The translations under genes were made by a program, and so were the position numbers. Under the pieces are notes generated by a model, which saw nothing but the letters and a program-made list of their open reading frames with translations, was not told the DNA's origin and did no database searches. From Felis catus (taxonomy: Eukaryota), in the NCBI RefSeq assembly GCF_018350175.1, contig NC_058368.1, forward strand, positions 198,092,001 through 198,156,000: 64,000 nt of DNA, read 5' to 3'. Positions 13,373 through 25,067 of the stretch are shown here, piece after piece; the stretch's first letter is position 1, and each line of letters starts with the position of its first letter.

Positions 13373-15667
13373 AAGGCTCACAGATTTAAATGATGGGCTC
13401 AGTTTGTAGTGTTAGTAAGTTGTACAGTCAGGATCGGCACTCAAGTGGCCTGACTCCCAAAATGGATGTCCTTAGCCACTACTGCATATGGTGAAATAAA
13501 TTTGCTGCTTCCACCCTTTACTTCCTGACAGAGGAGTGAGGAGTCACAGGGAGTAGCGGGCTTGGTGCTGGAGGGGGCGGCGGAGGCCGCAGGCACAGGG
13601 CAGAAAGGAAAGTGATCTGATCGATGTTCCCACTAACGTGCCAGTGATGTCTCGCAGGCACTGCTTCCGGCCTGTTCATTTTATAAGAGGGGGAAGTGAG
13701 AGCACGCTCCTTAAAACATGGCTCCTCGAGGCCGCGGGCAGGGCGGGAGGATGCGGGGGTAGGGGGGAGGTCCATCCCCTTCAGTATCACTTGAGGAGCT
13801 GGGGTTTGTGAGGCTGTCTCTGAAGTTTGCTTATTTCTTCTCAGAGGCTTTGCCTTTTCTTGACCCCGTTGGATGCGCAGGACCTGAGCCAAGCACTGTG
13901 AAGACCACCGCAATAATCATAAAATGATTTCTGCTCACAGGAACTGGGTGGCCCCCTGGATGTAAAGGGCAGGGCTAGAAGTGTAGAGATGTCAAGGTGG
14001 GTGAGGGATCGGGGAGGAGATCAGCCAGGGCAGCACACAGCCCCTGGCATCTCAGCCTCCAGGGACAAAGTATTTTGATGGATGGAGAAAGGAAGTTAAG
14101 CGGGTGGATGGAGGGGCCAGCCTAGGCCATATTGGTCATTGCCTGCGGACCCACTGGCCTACAACCTGGTCATTTTTGTTTCCGATGAAGAGAACATTTA
14201 CACTTATTAACCTATAAATACTAATGTTGTGTGTCTATTACAGGGCAAGATTTTTTAAAACTAAAAAGTTTAAAAAATATATTTACTTAAAAAATAAATA
14301 ATAAAATTCAGAGGTATTAAGTGTTTCCTAACTCTGGTTTCCTTAGTAGCTGAGTAAGCAACTTAACCTGAACCACTTCTTCAGCCAGACTTTTTCCGGA
14401 TCTAAGCTCAGAGCTCTGGTGTATTTAGGGCCTAAGAAGCTTTCTGGTGCCACGTTTATTGCTTCCACCCACTCCTCCTCCTTTCAGGTACTACGGGTCT
14501 TTGATTGCCTGTTCATGCTAATTGCCCTGGCAGTGGGACTATATGTGGAGGAAGGCATCACTTTGCATTTCGAAGACTTGGACTCTTCTAATTGAATGTC
14601 AAGTGCTCTGATGATGTCCCTTCCCCCTCGAAAGAGAAGCATGTCTTTCTGCAGGGGCTTTGTGTAGCTGTCCAACTGCAAGTGCATGATATTAAAGACT
14701 CACCATGTAGGATTGTTCAACAGGGTGGGTGCCTCACCGTTCTTGCTGTTGCTGCTGTTGTGTGGGTTGTGTGTGTGTGTGTGTGTGTGTGTGTTAGCCA
14801 GTTAGGAAGAGGTTATCATGGCAAGTGTGCCACACACGTTGTCCCCTTTTCAAACAGCTTTACTAACTGGTTTCCTCGAAGGTCCCTTCAAAAGTGCCCA
14901 TCAGCTAGTCCCTGGGAGGATCAGATACCCTACAACTTCTTGTTTTCAATATAGGCTCTTGTCTGGATATGGGATGCTTGAAAGGTGATCATTTATGGCC
15001 TTATTTGAAGTTCCATAATTTTAAGTTCATGAAACGAAGGCATTAATACTGAAAAATTAGCATGGGTCAGTGCTCATCAACTCATCCATTATAATACGTG
15101 CTGATCCCTTATAAACCAGCTTTGTTGACTAGACCACATATAGGTTAAAATTTTGATTTGCCATCCTGAGAACACTTTGAAAGTCTACAGAAAGCTGAAA
15201 GTACGTTGGATTCCTTTCATTCACGGAGACATTGTTTGGTGTTTTATTCAGTGAGTACTTCCTAGGTATATTTACAAAGGAGCCAGGCTCAGCATGTTGT
15301 CTAAAGTGGTAGTGTGTGCAACAGGCTCACGATCCACCGTTAGAAATGTGAGCTGGGTGTATTTGTGCACTTTGGAACTGAAAGTCGGATATTAAACTTG
15401 GGCACATGGATCTCATATGTGGGCACACACATATACAAACATGTAGATATGTACATATGTGTACACACATATACGTATATGTACAGCACATGTATTTCAC
15501 CCTAAAATACCTCTAGTCTGATCAATGTCAGGCAGCTTGCGAGAGTTAGGTGTTCAGTTCCATCATGCAGAGTTGTAGTGGTGGATTAAAGTTTGGTAAC
15601 AACATTTGCTAAGCAAACTGTTGGCGGTGAGTCAACAAAAGTAAAAGCAGGTCTATTTATTTGGAAA

Positions 15668-16219
15668 CTACTATATCTCACTGAATCTAAGACGTTATCA
15701 GTATAAGAAGGCCATTATTTTTTTGTATGTCATTAAGGGAAAAATATTCTTCCGGTGAAACTCTTACATAATGCTTTTATATCTCGGGAATTTGTAATTT
15801 GTGCTTCACAAATAGTGTTTGTATTTATTGAAAGCACTCGTGGGGGGTTATTTGGGTATAGATTTCCATCATTTAGAACTTTTGGACATTCATAGGAAGA
15901 AAAATATAAATTCAGTAAAGTGGTTAAAATATTTCCAAATGACTCTAAATTCGTGTCTGGTCCTTCTGAATCACACGTCAGTATCACGTCTTTTTCAGAG
16001 AGTATAGGCTCTGGGCCATTAAGATCATCAGTAATGCAGCATGACTTAGAAGCCAACCCTGCTACTGTCTGAGGTTCTCTTCCAAGTAACTGGCACACGT
16101 CTACCAAGTTTTGATGTGCACACGTAGGCAATGACTTACATCATAATGGCAGAATTCCAACTTCAGTGATGTTAACATGTGAAAGAAAATGTGTGTCTCA
16201 GAATGAGAAAAATATGCTA
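15668..16219. mobile_element. Possible ancient Tigger-like DNA transposon remnant
   Basis: Degenerate ends (tactatatctcactgaatctaagacg ... gtgtctcagaatgagaaaaatatgcta) resemble Tigger-type terminal inverted repeats. Weak. Confidence 0.4.
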
Positions 16220-16418
16220 AAAATTTTGTAAGTGTATTATATAGTTAAAAAATTCTAGGTCAACCCCTCAGAGACAGGCTTTGTCTATCAGAGATCTCCA
16301 GACCAAGGATTAAGTACTAATTCTGCTGACATGTGCCTGGGAGAAACCATTGGTCTAGAGGTTTCTGAAATTTTTAAGTTTGTCAGAATCGAGTGTCTTG
16401 TTAAAAATGTTGATTCCT

Positions 16419-17100
16419 GGGGTGCCTGGGTGGCTCAGTGGGTTAAGCGGCCGACTTCGGCTCAGGTCATGATCCCGCGGTCTGTGAGTTTGAGCCCCAC
16501 GTCAGGCTCTGTGCTGACAGCTCGGAGCCTGGAGCCTGTTTCAGATTCTGTGTCTCCCTCTCTCTGACCCTCCCTCGTTCATGCTCTGTCTCTCTCTGTC
16601 TCAAAAATAAATAAACATTAAAAAAAAATTTAAAAAAATGTTGATTCCTGGGGCACCTAGGTGGCCCAGTCGGTTGGACATCTGACTTCAGCTCAGGTCA
16701 TGGTCTCGCAGTTTGTGGGTTTGAGCCCCGCACCAGGCTCTGTGCTAACAAACAGTTCAGAGCCTGGAGCCTGCTTCAGATTCTGTATCTCTCTCTCTCT
16801 CTCCCCCTCCCCTGTTCATGCTCTGCCTCTCTCTGTCTCTCAAAAATAAATAAATGTTAAAAAAAATATATTGGGGCACCTGGGTGGCTCAGTCGGTTAA
16901 GCATCCGACTTCGGCTCAGGTCATGATCTCACAGTCTGTGAGTTTAAGCCCTGCGTCGGGCTCTGTGCTGACAGCTCAGAGCCTGGAGCCTGTTTCAGAT
17001 TCTGTGTCTCCCTCTCTCTCTGCCCCTCCCCTGTTCATGCTCTGTCTCTCTCTGTCTCAAAAATAAATAAAAAATGTTAAAAAAAAAATTTAAAAAAAAA
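16419..17100 (+). mobile_element. Three head-to-tail CAN-SINEs (starts about 16419, 16650, 16873)
   Basis: Three full SINE bodies. Target sequence aaaaatgttgattcct occurs three times (about 16403, 16634, 17096). Confidence 0.93.
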
Positions 17101-17317
17101 TGTTGATTCCTAAGTCCACCCCTGACCCATCCAACTGGAATACCTGGCTGTGCCATTTTGACATCAAGACACTCTGATGCACATGGTCTGGGCAACTGCA
17201 CTTTGATGCACCCGGCCCCAAGCCCTGTCTGAGGCACCGTCAATGTGCATTAAGCTCTCAGGTTGTAGGCTTGGAGGCTTCATGAAGTCTGTGTCAGTCA
17301 AAAGAAAGTAAGATGCT

Positions 17318-17472
17318 AAGAAGAAGGAGACGGAAAGGAAAGGAAGAAGGAGAAGAAGAAGAAGAAGACGACGAAGAAGGAGAAGGAGAAGAAGAAAGAG
17401 AAAAGAAGGAGGAAGAGGAGGGAGAGAGAGGGGGAGAAAGAGAGGGAGAGGGAGAGGGAGGAGAAGAAGAAG
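17318..17472 (+). repeat. Polypurine (GAA/GAG/GA)n low-complexity tract
   Basis: About 155 nt almost entirely A/G. Confidence 0.95.
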
Positions 17473-19272
17473 GTCACAACATGGCCCTTCACTGGGAGGA
17501 TTCCAGGAAGAAAAGAGCCAAGATATTTCAACACCAGATTAGAAAGTGAGTCTGAAACTGCCAACTCGTTTAAAAAATTCTAAATAAGGGGCTTGGAAGT
17601 TACACTTCTTATTTATCTTCTGGTGCTTACCTTGAACTTAAAAAAAAAAAATCGCTCAATTATTTATTCAACCCGCATATCATGTAAAGGCTAAGGCTCT
17701 TCATCACCAGACAAATTCCAGTGAGTCTGATGAGGGTGGTCCTGATTAATATTTTATTACATTATAAAAGAGGTCAGCTTAAGGTTAGGCCAAGGAAGTG
17801 CCATGTTATTAGAGAAGCAAAGTAGCAGAATCATTTCCTATGATTCGTGTGTGAATCAGAAATCCCCGTCCTTCCAAAATTCCTGGTGAAAATTCCAAAC
17901 GTCTTAGCACTAACTTCTAACATGACTTTTTCAACCTATGTTCTCTTATGTCAGTAGTTCCAATGTCTAAATGACTTCCAACGCCTGAGCTAATTCTTTA
18001 GCCATTTAGGAAACTGGCAATCAAAAAACAAAAACAAAAAACAGAACAAAACAAAAACAAAGCCTCTTTTGGCCCACAATTTGTGAGCTGTCTAGTCACC
18101 CCATGCCAGGATGGGGCGAGGAAGGCTGCAGGGAGAGGAGGTGAAGTCTTCCAACAGGGAACGCAGACGCTCAGCGGTCGTTCTGTGAATTACGTGAATG
18201 AAAAATTACGCCATCTTGCAGAAGGAAAGGAAAGGGTGAGGCCTGAGAGAGATCACCACAGGCTCATTTTCTTTCATGGTATGTAATTTGTCTTTTAGAA
18301 TAAGTCCTACTGTTTTATACTTGTTTAGAGTGCACAGCCCGTTTCCCCATCTATCTCACCCTCTGATCTCTTTGAGAGATCCCATTGTCTCTTTGAGAGA
18401 GCGGGCAGGATTTCCATCTTTTAGATTTTGCTGAAACAAATGACTTTGCGTGAGTCAGGAAGGCTGGTTGGTGTCTCATACAGGAGACTGACAGTGGAAC
18501 TCAGACTCACACTTGGGTCTTCTGGTTCCAAGGTGGGAGCTACTTTTGCCACTCATGCTGCCTGTGGTCTTGTATCAGGACAGCACCTGGTACTTCTGGG
18601 TGTGGCTTTATGTGTGGAGAGGGAAGGACACTATATGACTGGAATCTCTTGCAGATGAGTTCATAGATTCAGAACCTTGATTTGAGATGGTATTTCTTTG
18701 GGGGAAACATTTGCTCCAAGACATAAGATCATTTTTAAAGCATGAAACAAACCTTTAGAAGTTTGGATTCTTGATAGTCATAGCCAGGATGAGAGCCAGG
18801 AGAGCTAGCTGTTAGAAAAACATGCCCACCAGAATCGGGGGAATGGGGGGATAGAGTAGAGGGCAGATAAGTAGTGAGAGCTCCTCCCATGTTCCCAAGT
18901 CTAAACTTTCTCACTCTCAAAAACCTCCTGGAAGTGTGAATGCAAAGGCGAGGTTTCTAGATTTGGTCAAGGTTCAAAAACAACCAGTTTCCTCCTGCTT
19001 CCTTGGGGAACTCCGTGGGATGCAGAGCCCTGGATATGGCGGCAAAGCTCTCTGAAGGGCACCCGGACATCCAGGGGTGACGTTTGCAGTAGGCATTGTG
19101 GGTATCTTGTTTTTATCTTCTCAAACTCCCCCACGCTCATTATTCTTGCGGGACTGTTTGCTGTAAGCAACTGCGACTGCCTCCCAGCTGCCCAGAGAAT
19201 TCCTCTCCTCCCTAAGATACATCAGAGGACCCCACGCAGGCAAGAACAGGTGCACGTCACTTTACTTTTCAA

Positions 19273-19543
19273 AGCAGGTGTAGTTTTTTGTTTTGTTTTG
19301 TTTTAAGTAGACTCCATGCCCAACGTGGGGCTTGAACTCAGGACTCTGAGATCAAGAGTCGCATGTTCTACCGACTGAGTCAGCCAGGAGCCCCCGAGCA
19401 GGTGTAGTTTTTTGTTTTGTTTTGTTTTATTCTTTAAGTAGACTCCATGCCCAACGTGGGGCTTGAACTCAGGACCCTGAGATCAAGAGTCGCATGTTCT
19501 ACCGACTGAGTCAGCCAGGAGCCCTCGAGCAGGTGTAGTTTTT
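19273..19543 (-). mobile_element. Tandem-duplicated short tRNA-Lys-derived SINE
   Basis: Two near-identical units of about 125-130 bp. Reverse complement resembles tRNA-Lys(CTT). agcaggtgtagttttt at 19273, 19397 and 19528. Confidence 0.9.
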
Positions 19544-20396
19544 AAAAATTGCCTGTAACATCCCATCCCCCTTTACTGTTAAAATTGTCTTTATTAGAAA
19601 TGAAAACTTGGAGAACTGAAGAGATGGTATTTCCTTGGGGAAAACATTTGCTCCAAGACATGGGATGAGGGGGGTGGTCTAAGGTGTGCATCATGTGACT
19701 CGCCTAAGATGACGTAGCTTGTAGTGGCCAAGCTAGAATTCCTGCAAGCTGTTCCCAGCACAGGAGGCTCTGGGAGGAGTCCCCAGAGCCTGTGACAGCT
19801 GACCTGTGACTGCTGTGAAACTCAGTTTGGCAGATGGGTTCACCAGATTCTATCAGCAATAGAGGAGCTCCCAGGAACGTCTCGGGATGGATGCGGGGCT
19901 ACCAGACCCAAGGCTGGAAAGCCAAGAGGACAGAAGTTGGTCAGCTGTGCAGGAGCTGACACAACAGGACTCTGCTCAGACCCCATTCCATCCCCAGCTG
20001 CTTCTGCTATCCCTGGAAACCTCTATCTCATTCCCCCAAAGACGCACCCGGTTCTATAATTCAGTTCAGCCTGTTCAAGAATGCGGGTTTCACTTTGCTT
20101 CCCCTGGGAAACATAGGTACACATTTTAACTTACTACTCTCTGAAAATGATTTTGGGAAACAACTGGTCACATGTACATGTTTACTAAGTACTGAGCTCT
20201 AGTTACGTGCTACACCTTGCGCTAGGCACATGCAAATTGCCATCAGCTGGTTCAAAGCAGAAAGACTTTCAGAAGGTACCAAAACCCAAAACTAAACTAA
20301 AAACAAAGTCTCATCCACCTAAGTTTCTCCACTTGCCCCTTGGAACATTTTGCCTTCAGGTCTGCCTTTATAATTCAATTTGAATTAAGCCTATCT

Positions 20397-20517
20397 GGGG
20401 GTGCCTGGTTGGCTCGGTCAGTAGAGCATTGCAACACTTCATCTCAGGGTCATGGGTTTGAGCCCCACGTTGGACATAGAGATTACTTAAAAAAAAAAAA
20501 AAGATTAAATAAAAATA
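20397..20517 (+). mobile_element. Short tRNA-Lys-derived SINE
   Basis: ggggtgcctggttggctcggtcagtagagcat...tttgagccccacgttgg followed by polyA. TSD aa(g/a)cctatctgg. Confidence 0.85.
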
Positions 20518-21909
20518 AACCTATCTGGTAAAGAGGTTTGTGAGGAAGGCACAGTAAACATGGGACAATTTGACTTGACCATGAGGGTTTGGAATCCTTT
20601 CAGAGCCTTTCCCACTTTGCCTATTTAGGAAAAAAAAAATATGCTGGGTATTTGGTTACAAGCAATCAGAATGTGCAGGATTAAACACAAATTGCCAGAG
20701 CACATTACCTAGGCTTATTTTCCTTCTTGGAATAATGCCAAGTTTAAGGGACAAAATCATGATGGGGTTTTTAATGAGCAAGGTGTACTGGGTTGAATAC
20801 TCAGTTTTATTGTTTCTCTGGCCGCCATTGCAGAAGGCCACAGGCTTTGAATCCCAAGATGGTATGGTTTGACCCACTATAACATGAACTTGCCTTTTCA
20901 CAGTTGTAGAAAGCTTATGTGATTTTGGCCTTTCTCTCTTTGGTCTGACATCTGATGCAGGGCAGAGCAAGGTTAGAGACTTGCCAACCCCAGCACGCGG
21001 CAAGCCAACCCAGGTGGGCCTCGTGCCCTCATCAGCAACTGCGTTGCCTTCACCTTAATTTGTTTTGTTGCAGATTAAAGTTGCCATTTTTTGTTGTTTG
21101 TTTACTCGTGCTCCAATTTCCTAACCCTGTGTGGCCATTGGTAACTTCCCTCAGAAGAGTGGTTGATCTGGGTTCCTGGTTGGGAAAGACCAGAAATACA
21201 ATGAGATGTAAATCCCATAGGGATTGTGCTGGGACAAACAGTTTTTGTCGGGTCTTGGAAGGAATGGAACGTTCCCCAAGAATGAGATGTTAGAAACTAC
21301 GTGTGGAGATAGTTCCACTGCTTACAAACTCTGCTGAGCGTATTTTCTCCACCCTTTTGGGTATGCATTTAGGCTCACTATTATTGTGGATTTGGGACTC
21401 TCAACTTGACATCTTCTCTCTGTTTACTTGTCCTTCACTGAAAGTGTTATCAGTTTTTGGAAATGCAGAACATGGGTTCCATGAGCTCCTCTTCTTCCCT
21501 CAGCACTTGTGATATTGACCTCTGCAAGGCTTCTATTGATTCTTCCTTAAATTTCCATAGAAGACCAGGAAGTTCTTCTGCTTTGACTATTTTTCTTTAT
21601 TCACTGCCAACTCTATGATGATTATATTTTTAAAATGAAAAATAGCCATCACTTCGTGAATGCGTGCTACTTGATAGACATTTTCCATCCCGTTTTATAG
21701 GTCCTAACCATAGCCCTGTGAAGAAGCTGGTGGTCCCACTGTACACAATGACAAAACGGAGGCTTAGAGATGTTAAACTCAGTTTCTGAGCTTTTTAGGT
21801 AGTGAGTGGCAGAGCAAAGATTCAAATCCAGCACTGGCAGAATCCAAACTTTATAGCAAGACCAAAGTGATAGGCAGGCTGGGTCCTGCCCATAAGAAAT
21901 AAGGGTGCA

Positions 21910-22130
21910 GGGGCGCCTGGGTGGCTCAGTCTGTTAAGCATCCAACTCTTGATTTCAGCTCAGGTCATGATCTCACAATTCGTGGTATCAAGCCCCACGT
22001 CAGGCTCCTTGCTGACAGTCCAGAGCCTGCCTGGGATTCTCTCTCTCTCTGTCTTTCTGCCCCTCCCTGCTCATGGGCTCCCTCTCTCAAAAAGAAAATA
22101 AATAAATAAATAAAACTTGGAAAAAAAAAA
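21910..22130 (+). mobile_element. CAN-SINE
   Basis: Full body. TSD aagaaataagggtgca. Confidence 0.92.
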
Positions 22131-22469
22131 GAAATAAGGGTGCATATAATGTTTCGTAATTTGAATGAAATAGTGGCCGACATTTAAAAATTAGGGCATT
22201 ACATTTAAAAGTCTAGATTCCAGCTTCTCTTAAAAAAAAAAAAAAAAATAGAAGATTCGGCCCAGTGGGCTCAGAGTCCAGCATGGAAGCAGTCAGCCAT
22301 TCTTGAGGAGGCACTGCTTCCCTTAGTGGGGGCATGCCCTCTCAGGTGAGAAGCTCCCCTCCTTCTCACGTACATCTGGCATATCTTACCACTTTACCCA
22401 CTTAGGTCACTGGATTGGTACCTGTATGTGTTCGATTTTGCAGTCCTTATTCCAGTCTCTAGAAACAGT

Positions 22470-23060
22470 CTGTTTCAGGGTTTGAGTCCTGGCTTCACCG
22501 TTTGCTAACTTTGTGCCCCTGGACAAGTTGCGTAACCCCTCAAGGCCTCAGTTTTCTCACCTCTGAAGTGGGGATAAGAATAGTCCCTACCTCTTGAGGC
22601 TGCCTTGGAAATTCAACGTGGCACTCCTTATACAGCGCTCTACACGGTGTCTGACACACGGTAAGTTTTCTCTAATAGATGCCATCATCAACCGTTATTG
22701 CAGTTAACCACTCTTTGCTCAGAAGGTGGTGTTCAGTAACCTTTTCCAAGGGCAGCCCTAAGTTGTGAAGGAGGCCATCAGAACAGTAGTCACGGAAGCA
22801 CCACTGTGCTTAACAGGCAACCGAGCGCACGCCTTCGACACTAGACTGACTCCGTTCGGGTTCTACCTCGGACATTAGGGGGACCTGAGCAAATTATTTA
22901 ACCTCGTTTTGACTCCGTTTCCCCATTCAGGAAAAGGGCACGAGGATTGTATCTACTTGATGAGGGTGTGGTGAAGAACAAGTCAGTTAATACGTGTAAA
23001 CGGTTTCAGAACAGGCGATCGGCACACACCGGGCCCTCAGTGGATGTTACCCACCGCTGA
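22470..23060 (+). mobile_element. Two MIR elements
   Basis: MIR core motifs: ggacaagttgcgtaacccctcaaggcctcagttttctcacctctgaagtggggataag, and agcaaattatttaacctc...ccgtttccccattcaggaaaaggg. Confidence 0.7.
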
Positions 23061-24610
23061 AAACAATAAATCAGATTGTGCGTCTGATAAGCGTGTGTTT
23101 GCTTCTGGGGAGATGCCGATAGAATGTGTCAAATTGATCACATGGGAAATTTGGAAATTGGAAGCTGGGACTCTTGCTTGGTTTTCTACCCCCTCGGTTC
23201 CGTGACGCATTCCAGATTCGGTTCCTTCCACCCTCCCAGAAGTGCGCTTTGGAAGGCTACTCAGCAAGTCACATCCAATGGCCTCAGCCTCATCTTCTAA
23301 TGGGGATAAGAATTCTGGAGACCAACCAGCCTAAAGAACACTGTCGACTCTCAAAAGAGGAGGCTGAGGCTGAGAGAGATCCTGGGGCTCGCCCATAGCT
23401 AATTGGGGACAGACCAAGAGTCATCCATCAACTTTACTGGTTGAGTAGTTGCTAGAATGACGGCGGGTTTGTGCCTATTTTGACAAGTCGGGGGTGGGGC
23501 TGGGGACCCGACGTGTGGCTGATATAAGAACTCTGCTCTCTCCGCTCACCTTGCTCTTTCTGGCCCAGCCCCCTTCCTTCACGTGGCCCTGGTCCTGCCG
23601 GTAGTGTGAGAGGACGGCTTTGTCTTCCCCAGGGGGACCTAGGCCCTGTGACCCTCCATTGCTTGAAGACCCTGTTTCCTGAGGGGTAATGTTTTCCCTT
23701 CCCCGTGACTTGCCTCTCTGGGCCACGTTCCGATTTCCCTGCTGGCTCCCTTGTTTCCTTGGGCTGACTGCCTTGTTTGGTGGTTTTTAGTGAGGGCTCT
23801 GAGAGATGCCAGGAGTGAGGGGATAGAGCTCCGAATGGCCTCAGTCATTGGACAGCCAGACTCGGTGATGGATGAGCCCTCTCCCCAGGGAGTTCTGGGT
23901 CAGAAGTCCAACTGATAAGTTTTTCCAGAACTGAGGAACCCAGAAACAGCGCCAGCAGCATCGTACCTCTTTTGTGGGTTTCGTATTACTTTGAAAGAAA
24001 ATTCTCAGCTGCAGTTCCACATCTTACTAGCAATACAGCTCCATCCACGATAAACTTAGATATATGTGCCATGAATTGTTTTAGAGATAACATTTGGGGG
24101 GAAGGGAGGGAGGAAGGAAGAGAGGGGTCTTTAAAAAATCCCTTTCCAAATACTTCCTTTTTTCTAAGTATTGAAAAGGCACAATATAACCCTTTCTTCT
24201 CCCAAGTGAGCTCATAACTGTTTACCGAGGGGAAATACCGAATGTTTATTTATTTTGTTTCAAGGAGCTTCTTTCGTCCTGATGATTCACGTCGATGTCA
24301 TTTTCCTCCTGACTCCAGAGGCTCTGAGACAAAGCCACAGCCCAAGTGATATGCCGGTGTCAGAACAATTCCCGTCCCGAAGGAAGGTATGCAACCTTCT
24401 TTATTCCCCCTTCACAGACGTCCTTGAGCCCTCGAGACGGATGTGAGCGAGTTTTTCAGTGCTCATGCAAAACAACCATCTAAACATAACAGATGACATC
24501 AGCTTGGGCTTTTCAATTCCTGGATGGCAGCGGCGTGTTAATCCAGCCTTCATCCTGGATTTCATAAACTAAAACAAGAGAGGCTGGCAAGAGGACAGCG
24601 CTGCTGCTGG

Positions 24611-24660
24611 GTTGAGGAAATTGATGACGGGGAAGCATGCGGGCAACCCAGTGTATAAAG
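24611..24660 (+). promoter_or_regulatory. ESM1: ESM1 core promoter: ETS GGAA, CRE-like TGACG, second GGAA, GCATGC palindrome, TATA box
   Basis: GGAA 24616-24619, TGACG 24625-24629, GGAA 24631-24634, GCATGC 24635-24640, TATAAA 24654-24659, about 110 bp upstream of the ATG. Order matches my recollection of the human ESM1 promoter. TSS inferred at about 24685-24695. Confidence 0.85.
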
Positions 24661-24766
24661 CTCAGAAACGTGTAGGCAGAGGCTCGGCTACCACTTTGGA
24701 CAGCTGCTTCCCGCCAGCAGAGAACCACGCCGCCCGCAGGGAGCTGAGCCAGAGCCGGCGGGAAAC

Positions 24767-25067
24767 ATGAAGAGCCTCTTGCTGCTAGCCACGCTCCTGG
24801 TACCCGCGCACCTGGCGACGACCTGGAGCCCCAAGTACGCGGTCGACTGCCCCGAGCGATGCGACCGCGCCGAGTGCAAAAGCAGCCTGAGCTGCAAGCG
24901 GACAGTGCTGGACGACTGCGGCTGCTGCCGGGTGTGCGCCGCGGGCCTGGGCGAAACCTGCTACCGCACCGTCTCCGGCATGGACGGCGCCAAGTGTGGC
25001 CCGGGGCTCAGGTGTCAGTTTTACAGTGAGGAAGATGACTTTGGTGACGAGTTTGGTATCTGCAAAG
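24767..25067 (+). CDS. ESM1: ESM1 (endothelial cell-specific molecule 1, endocan) coding exon 1: signal peptide and IGFBP N-terminal-like Cys-rich domain
   Basis: Translates [32 protein letters not shown]...[19 protein letters not shown]...EFGICK, which I recognise as endocan, including the IGFBP-type CGCCxxC motif. Ends at donor AAG|GTAAAG (GT at 25068), phase 1, 301 coding nt. Confidence 0.98.

Noticed and set aside
17313..17564. Glu-rich and Phe/Ser-rich ORFs
   Set aside because: They are translations of a purine microsatellite.
19273..19543. tRNA-Lys genes or a CRISPR-like array
   Set aside because: Stems are mismatched relative to tRNA-Lys, there are A-rich tails and TSDs, and the 'spacers' are near-identical. 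These are SINEs in a mammalian genome with no cas genes.
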